Shown here: positions 37,334 through 46,627 of the stretch, in pieces | How positions within the stretch are numbered: position 1 is the first letter of the stretch | Layout of the letters: each line of letters begins with the position of its first letter | DNA from: Alphaproteobacteria bacterium | GTDB lineage: Bacteria > Pseudomonadota > Alphaproteobacteria > MPNO01 | DNA: 64,000 bases | Assembly (NCBI GenBank): GCA_965248835.1 | Contig: CBDFLJ010000002.1 | Span: 384,001-448,000, forward strand | Reading direction: 5' to 3' | The notes under the pieces: model-generated | Seen by the model: the letters and a program-made list of their open reading frames with translations, nothing else | What the model was told of the DNA's origin: nothing | Databases searched by the model: none | Program-made: the position numbers and the translations under genes

Positions 37334-40096
37334 ATGGCAAGGCAGGTGCGCAAGATCGCCGACAGGCGCAAGGTCCCGGTCTACTGCTATCAGTGCGTGG
37401 CCGGCCCCGACCTGATGAAGGTCGAGGTCGAGGACGGCGTTGCGACCCGGATCGAATCCAACTACGACGTCGCCGACCGCCATCCCGGCGGCGGCCGGGT
37501 CTGTGTGAAGGCCTACGGGCTGATCCAGAAGACCTACAACCCCCACCGCGTCGCCCAGCCGATGAAGCGGACCAACCCGAACAAGGGCAGGGACGAAGAC
37601 CCCGGCTTCGTGCCGATCTCCTGGGACGAGGCGCTCGACATCGTCGCGGCGAAGATGCGCGAGATCCGCGCCAGGGGCGTGCGCGACGAGCAGGGCTATC
37701 CCAGGCTCGCGGCGAGCTTCGGCGGCGGCGGCACGCCGACCCAGTATATGGGGACCTTCCCGGCCCTGCTGTCGGCCTGGGGCCCGGTCGATCTCGGCTT
37801 CGGCGGCGGGCAGGGGGTGAAGTGCTACCACTCCGAGCATCTCTACGGCGAGCTGTGGCACCGCGCGTTCATCGTCTCGCCCGATACGCCCTACTGCAAC
37901 TACGTCATCAATTGCGGCAACAACGTCGAGGCCTCGGGCGGCGTGGCCGGCGTCTGGCGCCAGGCCGATGCGCGGGTGCGCGGGCTGAAGCGCGTCCAGG
38001 TCGAGCCCCACCTGTCGATCACCGGCGCGGTGTCGGCCGAATGGGTGCCGATCAAGCCCAAGACCGATGCGGCCTTCCTGTTCGCGCTGATCCACCGGAT
38101 CCTGATCGAGCGCGACTGGCGCGCGGTTTGCGATGTCGGCTTCATCGCAAACGACACCACCTCGCCCTATCTGGTCGGTCCCAACGGCTACTACCTGCGC
38201 GATCCGGAAACCCGCAAGCCGCTGATCCTCGATCTCGCCGACGGCTGCGCCAAGCCGTTCGATGCCGCGATCGCCGATCCGGCGCTGGAGGGAACCCACC
38301 GGGCCGCCGGCATCGAGGTCGGGCCCGACGAAACGGTCTGGCGGCATGATGCGGGCGCGGTCGCGGTGCCGGCCTTCCAGAAGCTGCTCGATCATGTCGG
38401 CCGCTTCACCCCGGAATGGGCCGAAGCGCAGTGCGACGTGCCGGCCGAGCGCATGCGCACGATCGCCGATGAATATCTGGCCCATGCCATGATCGGCGAG
38501 ACCATCGAGATCGAGGGCCGGACGCTTCCCTTCCGCCCGGTCGCGGTGATGCTGGGCAAGGGGGTCAACAACGGCTGGGGCGGCTACCAGACCTGCTGGG
38601 CGCGGACTTTGCTCGCCGCCCTGGTCGGCGCGCTCGAGGTCCCCGGCGGCACGTTGGGGACGGCAGTCAAGCTCAACCGGCCCGCCGATAGCCGGCAGAA
38701 GACCGTGCGTTCCAGCGCCGACGGCATCATGGACTACCCTTTCAACCCGACCAGCCGCGAGGAATGGTCGGCCGAGCCGCATATCCGCAATGCCTACAAG
38801 ATGCTGGTGCCGCTGGCCGCCGATTCGCCCTGGTCTCCGGCGCTGGGTCCGGCCCATTTGCCCTGGCTGTTCCAGAAAAAACCGCCCGATCAATGGCCTG
38901 CCCCGACCAAGCCGGAGATGTGGATCAACTACCGTACAAACCCGGCGATCTCGTCGTGGAACGCGCCGGAGGTCGCCGAGCGCATCGCCGAGTTCCCGTT
39001 CACCGTCTCCTTCGCCTACACGCGCGATGAGACCAACCACATGGCCGACGTGCTGCTGCCCGAGGCGACGGACCTGGAGAGCCTGCAGCTCATCCAGATC
39101 GGATCGACCAAGTTCACCGAGCAGTTCTGGAAGCATCAGGGCTGGGCGGTCCGCCAGCCGGTGGTCGATCCGGTGCTCGACACCATGGACATCTCCGACG
39201 TCACCACCGCGCTCGCCGAGCGGGTCGGGCTGTTGGAGGACTACAACGCCGCCATCAACCGGGGTGCGGCGGGCTGCCGGCTGGCCGATGACGCGGCCGG
39301 CTACGACTACGGGCTCGATCCGGCCAAGGCCCACCCGACGGAGGCGATCTGGGACGCCGTCGCCAAGGCCGCCAGCCATGCGCTGTCCGGGGGTGCGGAA
39401 GTCCACGACATCGGCTGGTTCAAGGAGAACGGCTTCATGCTGCGGCCGTTCCCCCAGCTCGACTGGTATCTCTACCCCACGCTCAAGGACCAGGGCCTGC
39501 GCTTCGAGATGCCCTACCAGGAGCGCGTGATGCGCCGGGGCGCCGAGCTTGCCGAGCGCCTGCACGAGACCGGCGTGAACTGGTGGGACCGCCAGCTCGA
39601 GGAGTACGAACCGCTGCCGGGTTACAAGCCCTTCCCCGACATCTGGATCAACTACGCCGCCGAAATGGGCCGCGACCCCGATGACTACCCGCTCTGGGCG
39701 CTGACCGCGCGTTCGATGCAATACGCCTGGGGCGCCAATGTCGGCATCCCGCTGATCAACGAGGTGGCCGGCAACATCGCCGGCCACAAGGGCGTGATCC
39801 TTAACCGCAAGACCGCCCGCGACCTGGGGCTTTCGGACGGCGATCCGATCATCGTCGAATCGGTAACCGGGTTGACCCGCGGCCGTGCCGTGCTGCGCGA
39901 GGGCATCCGCCCCGACACGATCCTGATGATCGGCCAATTCGACCACTGGGCGACGCCGTTCGCCAAGGATTTGGGGCTGGCCAGCTTGAACTCCGTGACC
40001 GCGTTGTCGCTCACCCTGACCGATGCGACGGGAAGCAGCGCCGACCTCGCCCGCGTGCGAATCAGGCCCGATAACGGCGAAGCGCCGCCGCCATGA
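37334..40096 (+). CDS. padB: Phenylacetyl-CoA:acceptor oxidoreductase large subunit (Mo-bisPGD)
   Basis: PadB-type YCYQCVAGPDL, VCVKAYGLIQKTYNPHR, GQGVKCYHSEHLYGELWHRAF, NNGWGG, RSMQYAWG, GQFDHWATP. Confidence 0.85.
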   Translation: MARQVRKIADRRKVPVYCYQCVAGPDLMKVEVEDGVATRIESNYDVADRHPGGGRVCVKAYGLIQKTYNPHRVAQPMKRTNPNKGRDEDPGFVPISWDEALDIVAAKMREIRARGVRDEQGYPRLAASFGGGGTPTQYMGTFPALLSAWGPVDLGFGGGQGVKCYHSEHLYGELWHRAFIVSPDTPYCNYVINCGNNVEASGGVAGVWRQADARVRGLKRVQVEPHLSITGAVSAEWVPIKPKTDAAFLFALIHRILIERDWRAVCDVGFIANDTTSPYLVGPNGYYLRDPETRKPLILDLADGCAKPFDAAIADPALEGTHRAAGIEVGPDETVWRHDAGAVAVPAFQKLLDHVGRFTPEWAEAQCDVPAERMRTIADEYLAHAMIGETIEIEGRTLPFRPVAVMLGKGVNNGWGGYQTCWARTLLAALVGALEVPGGTLGTAVKLNRPADSRQKTVRSSADGIMDYPFNPTSREEWSAEPHIRNAYKMLVPLAADSPWSPALGPAHLPWLFQKKPPDQWPAPTKPEMWINYRTNPAISSWNAPEVAERIAEFPFTVSFAYTRDETNHMADVLLPEATDLESLQLIQIGSTKFTEQFWKHQGWAVRQPVVDPVLDTMDISDVTTALAERVGLLEDYNAAINRGAAGCRLADDAAGYDYGLDPAKAHPTEAIWDAVAKAASHALSGGAEVHDIGWFKENGFMLRPFPQLDWYLYPTLKDQGLRFEMPYQERVMRRGAELAERLHETGVNWWDRQLEEYEPLPGYKPFPDIWINYAAEMGRDPDDYPLWALTARSMQYAWGANVGIPLINEVAGNIAGHKGVILNRKTARDLGLSDGDPIIVESVTGLTRGRAVLREGIRPDTILMIGQFDHWATPFAKDLGLASLNSVTALSLTLTDATGSSADLARVRIRPDNGEAPPP

Positions 40097-41721
40097 CCAC
40101 ACCGCGATGGGGCATGGTCGTCGATCTCAACCGCTGCGTCGGCTGCCAGACCTGCACGATCGCCTGCAAGCACGCCAACGATACCCCGCCCGGCGTGCAG
40201 TGGCGCAGCGTGCTCGATGTCGAGCGCGGCACCTATCCCGACGTCGAGCGCCTTTTCCTGGTGACCGGTTGCCAGCACTGCGCCGAACCGCCCTGCGTGC
40301 CGGTCTGTCCGACCGGCGCCACCCGCCAGCGCGCCGACGGGCTGGTGACGATGGACTACGACACCTGCATCGGCTGCGGCTATTGCGCGGTCGCCTGTCC
40401 CTATCAGGCGCGCACGATCGTCCAGGACCGGGAGTGGTATTACGGCGGAGCGCCGACCGTCCAGGAGCGCCATGCCGAACATGACGAGCGGCTCGGCGTC
40501 GCCAACAAATGCACGTTCTGCGTCGAGCGCATCGACGAGGCGGTCGATCTCGGCTTGACTCCGGGGATCGACCTCGAATACACGCCCGCCTGCTCGGCGT
40601 CGTGCATCGCCCAGGCGATCCATTTCGGCGACTTCGCCGATGAGGACAGCAACGTCAGCCGGCTTGCCGCGGAGAACGCGAGCTTCCAGATGCATGCCGA
40701 GCTCGGCACCGATCCGCAGATCCGTTACCTCTACGAGGTGCCCCAGACCACGCCCGGCCGGCCGGCCGAGGCCATGGATCTCGACGATTCGGCGATGAGC
40801 GATCCCGGGAACCCGCTGGTCGGCGCCCGCCAGACGTTCTGGGATGCCCGCGCGGCGATGAACTTCACCATGGGGGGCATGGCCTCCGGCCTGATGGTCG
40901 CCGCCTTCATCGCCTGGGTGGCCGGGATCCTCGCCGACGTGGCGACGCTCCTGGTCGTCTATGTCGCCGGCGGGGTGTTCATGGCCATCGGCCTGTTCTT
41001 CGTCTTGCTCGAGATCGGACGCAAGGCGCGTTTTCTCTACGTCCTGTTGCGGCCGCAAAGCTCCTGGATGACGCGGGAGACCTACGCGGTGGCGCTGATC
41101 TACCCGGCGATCATGATCGACATCGTGCTGCCCCACGTGGCGCTCCACTTGCTCATCGCCGTCGCCGCGGCGGCCTTCCTGTACTGTCAGGCGAGGATCC
41201 TCCACGCCGGGAAGGGAATTCCGGCCTGGCGGGCGCCGTTGATCCCCACGATGCTGGTCGCCACCGGATTGCTCGAAGGGGCGGGTCTCCTGGCCGTGCT
41301 CCTGGCGGTCATCGGCGCTGGCGGCGCATCCGTCGGGCCGATATCCGCGGCGATCATCGTCCTTGCCGCGCTCAACGCCGCCTTGTGGCACCGCTATCGC
41401 AAGACCGCGGCTTCGGTCGGAATCGGGCCGCTCGCCCGCGCCGACCTGGACGCGGCCAGCCCGTTGGTGATCGGCATCGGTCAGGCCGCGCCGATCATCC
41501 TGTGCCTTGCAGGGCTCGTCCTGGCCGGGTCGGCAATTGCGGTCTGGCTTGGCGCGGCGGCCGGGATCGCGGCCTTCGCCGGCGGGGCGGTGTGGAAGTT
41601 CGCCGTCATCACCAAGGCCTGCCACCAGCAGGGTTTCGCGATCCCGTCGATGCCCAGGCGCGGGTCCGGCACCAGGGCCGCGCCGGCCCGCTTGTCGCCG
41701 GCGACCGCCAAGCCGGTTTAG
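40093..41721 (+). CDS. Fused PadC (DmsB-like polyferredoxin) and PadD (DmsC-like membrane anchor)
   Basis: CVGCQTC, CQHC..PPCVPVCP, CIGCGYCAVACP, KCTFC; then QTFWDARAAMNF.MGG..SGL, LEIGR, PQSSWMTRE, YCQARIL.AGKGIPAWR and several TM helices, all in one frame. Confidence 0.85.
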   Translation: MTTPRWGMVVDLNRCVGCQTCTIACKHANDTPPGVQWRSVLDVERGTYPDVERLFLVTGCQHCAEPPCVPVCPTGATRQRADGLVTMDYDTCIGCGYCAVACPYQARTIVQDREWYYGGAPTVQERHAEHDERLGVANKCTFCVERIDEAVDLGLTPGIDLEYTPACSASCIAQAIHFGDFADEDSNVSRLAAENASFQMHAELGTDPQIRYLYEVPQTTPGRPAEAMDLDDSAMSDPGNPLVGARQTFWDARAAMNFTMGGMASGLMVAAFIAWVAGILADVATLLVVYVAGGVFMAIGLFFVLLEIGRKARFLYVLLRPQSSWMTRETYAVALIYPAIMIDIVLPHVALHLLIAVAAAAFLYCQARILHAGKGIPAWRAPLIPTMLVATGLLEGAGLLAVLLAVIGAGGASVGPISAAIIVLAALNAALWHRYRKTAASVGIGPLARADLDAASPLVIGIGQAAPIILCLAGLVLAGSAIAVWLGAAAGIAAFAGGAVWKFAVITKACHQQGFAIPSMPRRGSGTRAAPARLSPATAKPV

Positions 41722-41833
41722 GCTGCTTGGTTTCCCGAAGGGGTTCGAGGCCTGCTCTTCAAGCCCGGCGACAGGATCGATGGCGAAGGGACTGGCCGGT
41801 CACCGGCGCCTTGATTTGAATGGAGTAGGTCCC

Positions 41834-43870
41834 GTGGCATTCCTGGCGGTTGATATCGGCGGCACGTTCACCGACCTGGTCGCCTTCGATCCCTTGCGCA
41901 ACCGGTCCTTCCACGCCAAGAGCCTGACGACGCCGCAGGATTTCTCGCAAGGCATCATCGATTGCATCCGCCAGAGCGACCTCGACATCGGCGCGGTCGA
42001 GGACCTGATCCACGGCACGACGGTGGCAATCAACACGCTCATCGAACGGACCGGCGCGAAGACGGCGCTGCTCGTCACCCGCGGGACGCGCGACGTCTAC
42101 ATCATCGGCCGCGGCAACAGACCGGAGTCCTACAACCTCTTCTTCCACCGGCCGCGGCCGGTGGTTTCCCGACGGATGACCTACGAGCTCGACGAGCGCG
42201 TTCAGGCCGGCGGCACGGTGTTGAGGCCGCTCGATCCGGCCCAGGTCGAAAGTTTCTGCAGCGAGATCGAAGCCGGCGGCGTGGATTCGGTCGCGGTCTG
42301 CCTGCTGCACGCCTATGCCAATCCCGACCACGAGGTCGAGGCCGGGCGAATCCTGAGAAGCCTGCTTCCCGATTGCTTCGTTTCGCTTTCGCACGAGATC
42401 CTGCGCGCCTACCGCGAGTACGAGCGCATGTCCACGACCGTGGTCAACGCCTATATCGGCCCCAGGGTGAGCGGTTACCTGGAGAACCTGCAGACCCGGC
42501 TCGAAGGGATCGGTTACCGGGGCAACATCGCCATCATGCAGTCCAACGGCGGCGTCATGTCGCCGGAGGTGGCCAAGCAGCGCCCGGCGACGATGATGGA
42601 ATCGGGGCCGGTCGGCGGCATCATCGCATCGGCCGAGATCGGCCGCGCACTGGGCTTTCCCAACGTCATCGCCTTCGACATGGGCGGCACGACCGCCAAG
42701 GCTTCGCTGATCCGTGACGGGGAGCCGACCCACGCCGAGGGCTACTATGTCGGCGGCTACGCGAGCGGCGATCCCGTGATCCTGCCGGTGGTCGATGTCG
42801 TTGAGGTCGGCGCCGGCGGAGGCAGCATCGCATGGATCGACGAAGTCGGCGCCTTGAAGGTCGGACCGCAAAGCGCCGGGGCCGAACCCGGGCCGATTTG
42901 CTACCGACGCGGCGGCACCTTGCCGACGATCACCGACGCGAACGTCATCCTCCGCCGGATCGGCGCCGACGAGTTCCTCGGCGGTCAGATGCGGCTCGAC
43001 GAGGACGGCGCGCAAAGCGGCGTCGAGGAGCATCTATCCGGCCGCCTCGGGATGTCGGTGCTCGCGATCGCCGATGCGATCGTCAGGATCGCGGTCAACA
43101 AGATGTCGCTCGCCGTGCGCGAGGTCTCCGTGGCCAAGGGCTACGACCCGCGGGATTTCGCGATAGTCGCATCCGGCGGCGCGGGGCCGCTGCACGCGGT
43201 CGCGATCGCCCGGGAACTGTACATCCCGACGGTGATCGTGCCGCGCCTCCCGGCTTATTTTTCGGCGCTCGGAATGCTAATGGCCGACGAGCGGCACGAC
43301 ATCACACGGACGTATCTGGGCGCGCTCACCGCCGTCGAGGCGGCGGATCTGGTGCGCATCCACGGCGAGATGGTGGCCGAAGCGCAGGCGTTGCTGCGCG
43401 CGGCCGGGGATGTCGAACAATTGTGCTATCTCGATCTTCGCTATGTCGGACAGGAGTTCTCGATCTCGGTGCCCGTCGACCTGGCGATGCTCGAAGCAGG
43501 GCAGTTCGACGCCATCCGGGCCCGGTTCGACGACCTGCACGAGCACCGCTACGCCCATCACGCCGCCGACGAGCCGGTGGAGATGGTCAACATGCGGCTC
43601 GCCGTCGTCGGCCGCCGCCCCAAGCTCGGCCTGCCGCCGCTGACCGAGCCCGAAGGACGGGCCGAAGCGATGCACCGGCCGGTCTACATGGACGACTGGC
43701 AGACGCCGGTCGACTGCCCGGTCCACCCTCGCGACGGGCTGGTGGCGGGCATGGAGATCGGCGGCCCGGCCCTGATCCAGGAGCACGCCTCGACGACGGT
43801 GCTGTCCGCGGGCGACCGCTGCCGCGTCGCCGGAACCGGCGAGTTGATCATTTCGGTGGGGACACAGTAA
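41834..43870 (+). CDS. Hydantoinase/oxoprolinase A subunit (ATP-binding)
   Basis: VDIGGTFTD, HGTTVAIN, EYERMSTT, ESGPVGG, DMGGTT, GAGGGS, GPQSAGA.PGP. Confidence 0.92.
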   Translation: MAFLAVDIGGTFTDLVAFDPLRNRSFHAKSLTTPQDFSQGIIDCIRQSDLDIGAVEDLIHGTTVAINTLIERTGAKTALLVTRGTRDVYIIGRGNRPESYNLFFHRPRPVVSRRMTYELDERVQAGGTVLRPLDPAQVESFCSEIEAGGVDSVAVCLLHAYANPDHEVEAGRILRSLLPDCFVSLSHEILRAYREYERMSTTVVNAYIGPRVSGYLENLQTRLEGIGYRGNIAIMQSNGGVMSPEVAKQRPATMMESGPVGGIIASAEIGRALGFPNVIAFDMGGTTAKASLIRDGEPTHAEGYYVGGYASGDPVILPVVDVVEVGAGGGSIAWIDEVGALKVGPQSAGAEPGPICYRRGGTLPTITDANVILRRIGADEFLGGQMRLDEDGAQSGVEEHLSGRLGMSVLAIADAIVRIAVNKMSLAVREVSVAKGYDPRDFAIVASGGAGPLHAVAIARELYIPTVIVPRLPAYFSALGMLMADERHDITRTYLGALTAVEAADLVRIHGEMVAEAQALLRAAGDVEQLCYLDLRYVGQEFSISVPVDLAMLEAGQFDAIRARFDDLHEHRYAHHAADEPVEMVNMRLAVVGRRPKLGLPPLTEPEGRAEAMHRPVYMDDWQTPVDCPVHPRDGLVAGMEIGGPALIQEHASTTVLSAGDRCRVAGTGELIISVGTQ

Positions 43871-45630
43871 TGAACCAGGCTCCAGACCCCGTGACGCTCG
43901 AGGTCGTTCGCAACGCCTTTCCGGCGATCGCCAACGAGATGGCGGTCGACCTGCAGCGCACCTCCTACAACATGATGATCTACGAGGTCCGCGACTTCTG
44001 CACCGCGATCGTCGACGTCGACGGACGGCTGGTCAGCCAGAACGTCGGCGGCGTATCCCATTTCGTCTCCGATCTCGGCGTCATCATCACCGACGCCGTG
44101 AAACGCTACGGCAAGGACGGTTTTGCGCCCGGCGACGTCGTGATCACCAACCATCAGGCGGTCGCGGGCCAGCATCTCAACAACATCGTCGTCTACGTGC
44201 CCTATTTTTTCGCCGGCGCGCTGACCTTCTTCACCATGGTGCGGGCGCACTGGATCGATGTCGGCGGCCGCAGCACCGGCTTCGGCGGCGGCCCCGAGGT
44301 CCTCGATCCCTGGCTCGAGGGTCTGCAGCTCGACCAGCTCAAGATCTACGACGCCGGCACGCTCAACGATGCGCTCAACCGGGTGATCAGCGACAACATT
44401 CGCTTCCCGGAATCCTCGATGGGCGACCTGCGCGCCCAGATCGCGGCCTGCCGGCTCGCAACGCGAAGGCTCGACGAGCTATTCGAGAAATACGGTGCGG
44501 CCACGGTTCTCGGCGCGCTGGAGCGGATCTTCGACGAGACCGAGGCCAAATGCCGCAACGTGGTCGCCGGGATCCAGGACGGCGTCTACGAGACCGAGAC
44601 CTTCTTCGACCATGACATGGTCGTGAAGGACGAAAGGCTTCGGATCCACGCCCGCGTGACGGTCGACGGCGAGCGGATGACCATCGACCTGTCCGGCTGC
44701 GCCGGAGAGCGCCGGTCGGCGGTCAATGCGCGGACTTATGCCGCGGCCTATGTTGCCTACAAGGCGCTGACCGCGCCCATCGAGCCGGTCAACGAAGGCT
44801 CGTTCCGCGCGCTCGAGGTGATCATTCCCGAAGGCAATATCATGATGGCGCGTTTTCCTGCGCCGATGGCCAGTTGGAGTCTGATCATCCCCTCGGTGGT
44901 CGATGCCATCGTCGCCGCGCTGGCGCCGGCAATGCCCGACCGGGTGCCCGCCGCCCATCACGGTCTTCTCGGCGGCGCGGTGGTGTTCTTCGGCCGCCAC
45001 CCCGACAACGGCCGCAACTTCGTCGTCCAGAGCATCGAAGGCGGCGGCTGGGGCGGGCGCCCGAGCGAGGACGGGGAATCGGGGACGGTCTCGGTCTGCC
45101 AAGGCGATGTCCGCAACGCCACCATCGAGGGGATCGAGCTCAAATGTCCGGTCCTGGTCGAACAGCGCGCGCTGCGCGCGGATTCCGGCGGGCCCGGCCG
45201 GTTCCGCGGCGGCCTGGGGATCGACATGAACGTCGTCAACCTGGTCGACGGGCGGTGGAACTTCCAGGGAAGCCTGCGCAAGACCGCGCCGCCATGGGGG
45301 CTGTGGGGCGGCGGCAACGGCGAATCCCACACCTTCCTGCTCAAGGAGCCGGAGGACACCGCGTTCCGCGAGATGCAGGCGCACGGCTATCCCGTGCCGC
45401 CGCGTTCGGAAGTGGTGGTGCGCACCGGCGGCGGCGGCGGTTGGGGCGACCCGCTGGACCGCGATCCGCAAAGGGTCGCAACCGATGTCGCCGAAGGCTA
45501 TGTCTCGCTGGCCGCGGCCGAGCGCGACTACGGCGTTGTCCTCGATGCGGCCACCTTGGCGGTCGACCCCCAAGCGACTTCCGATCTGCGCCGCTCACGT
45601 CGAAGCCAAGAGCGCCACCCCCAGGGATGA
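43870..45630 (+). CDS. Hydantoinase/oxoprolinase B subunit
   Basis: DPVTLEV, YEVRDF, HLNN, AHWIDVGG, DSGGPGRFRGG, GGGGWGDP; TAATG coupling to the A subunit. Confidence 0.92.
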   Translation: MNQAPDPVTLEVVRNAFPAIANEMAVDLQRTSYNMMIYEVRDFCTAIVDVDGRLVSQNVGGVSHFVSDLGVIITDAVKRYGKDGFAPGDVVITNHQAVAGQHLNNIVVYVPYFFAGALTFFTMVRAHWIDVGGRSTGFGGGPEVLDPWLEGLQLDQLKIYDAGTLNDALNRVISDNIRFPESSMGDLRAQIAACRLATRRLDELFEKYGAATVLGALERIFDETEAKCRNVVAGIQDGVYETETFFDHDMVVKDERLRIHARVTVDGERMTIDLSGCAGERRSAVNARTYAAAYVAYKALTAPIEPVNEGSFRALEVIIPEGNIMMARFPAPMASWSLIIPSVVDAIVAALAPAMPDRVPAAHHGLLGGAVVFFGRHPDNGRNFVVQSIEGGGWGGRPSEDGESGTVSVCQGDVRNATIEGIELKCPVLVEQRALRADSGGPGRFRGGLGIDMNVVNLVDGRWNFQGSLRKTAPPWGLWGGGNGESHTFLLKEPEDTAFREMQAHGYPVPPRSEVVVRTGGGGGWGDPLDRDPQRVATDVAEGYVSLAAAERDYGVVLDAATLAVDPQATSDLRRSRRSQERHPQG

Positions 45631-45834
45631 CCACGTTCAGACGGTGTGAGACGCAGACCCTGAGCCGGCGGCCGGCGTCTCCGAGGCTGTGGCTGATAAC
45701 GGACGGCTCGGAGCAGACCCCCCATTGATTGTCAGCTACGGGACGCGGACTGGAGCTTGACAAACGACCGCGATAAGGGACAAAGACCGCAATCCGATCC
45801 GCCCTTCCGCCGCCTGCGGAGCCCTTCGCGTTCC

Positions 45835-46602
45835 ATGAAAGCCGATCATGCCCTGCCAGACCCGGCCGACGACTGGGCGCTGTTTCTCGATGTCGACGGC
45901 ACGTTGCTCGAAATCGTCGACGCGCCCGATTCGGTCAGGGTGGAGGGGCGTCTGCTGTCGATTCTGTCGGCGCTTTCCGGCCGGTTCGGCGGCGCCCTGG
46001 CGCTGGTGAGCGGCCGGCCGTTGGAGACACTGGACCGGGTCTTCGCGCCGCTGAAGCTGACCGCCGCCGGGCTGCACGGGCTGGAGCGGCGCGACCAGGC
46101 CGGCAGGATCCACCGCGCGCCGTTCGACCGGACCGGCATCGCCGAGGCGCGCAATGCGCTTTCGGTCTTCGTTGCCGCCGACCGGAGGCTGATGATCGAG
46201 GACAAGGGTGCGAGCATTGCGCTCCACTACCGCGGTGCGCCGGAGCGCGGGCCGCAATGCGACCGGTTCGTCGCCGACCTGGCCGGCCGGCTTGCCTCCG
46301 GCTTCGTCCTGCAGCGCGGCAAGATGGTGGTGGAAATCCGTCCCCGCGGGCCGGACAAGGGCGATGTCGTGACCGCGTTCTGCGCCGAGGCGCCGTTTTC
46401 CGGCCGGCGCCCGGTTTTCATCGGCGATGACGTCACCGACGAGGACGCGTTTCGCATCGTCAACCGGGCCGGCGGACATTCCATCCGGGTCGGCGCGCCG
46501 GAGCCGAGCGAGGCGTCCTGGCACGTGGCCAGCGTGGGCGCGCTGCGCGGCTGGCTCGCCGACATCGCTGGGCTGGAATGCCGCGCGCCGAGCCCGACAT
46601 GA
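45835..46602 (+). CDS. otsB: Trehalose-6-phosphate phosphatase
   Basis: FLDVDGTL, VSGR, GLHGLE, ALHYR, GKMVVE, IGDDVTDEDAF. Confidence 0.93.
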   Translation: MKADHALPDPADDWALFLDVDGTLLEIVDAPDSVRVEGRLLSILSALSGRFGGALALVSGRPLETLDRVFAPLKLTAAGLHGLERRDQAGRIHRAPFDRTGIAEARNALSVFVAADRRLMIEDKGASIALHYRGAPERGPQCDRFVADLAGRLASGFVLQRGKMVVEIRPRGPDKGDVVTAFCAEAPFSGRRPVFIGDDVTDEDAFRIVNRAGGHSIRVGAPEPSEASWHVASVGALRGWLADIAGLECRAPSPT

Positions 46603-46627
46603 CCGGCGATCACCGGGGCGCAGGGAC

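Noticed and set aside
37334-37400. Tat signal on PadB (DRRK)
   Set aside because: No hydrophobic h-region; the Fe-S motif follows immediately
36371-40102. 1243-aa minus-strand ORF and similar long antisense ORFs (1373-3796, 10239-12446, 33212-35107, 46610-48274)
   Set aside because: Shadow frames of well-supported genes in high-GC DNA, with no recognisable motifs
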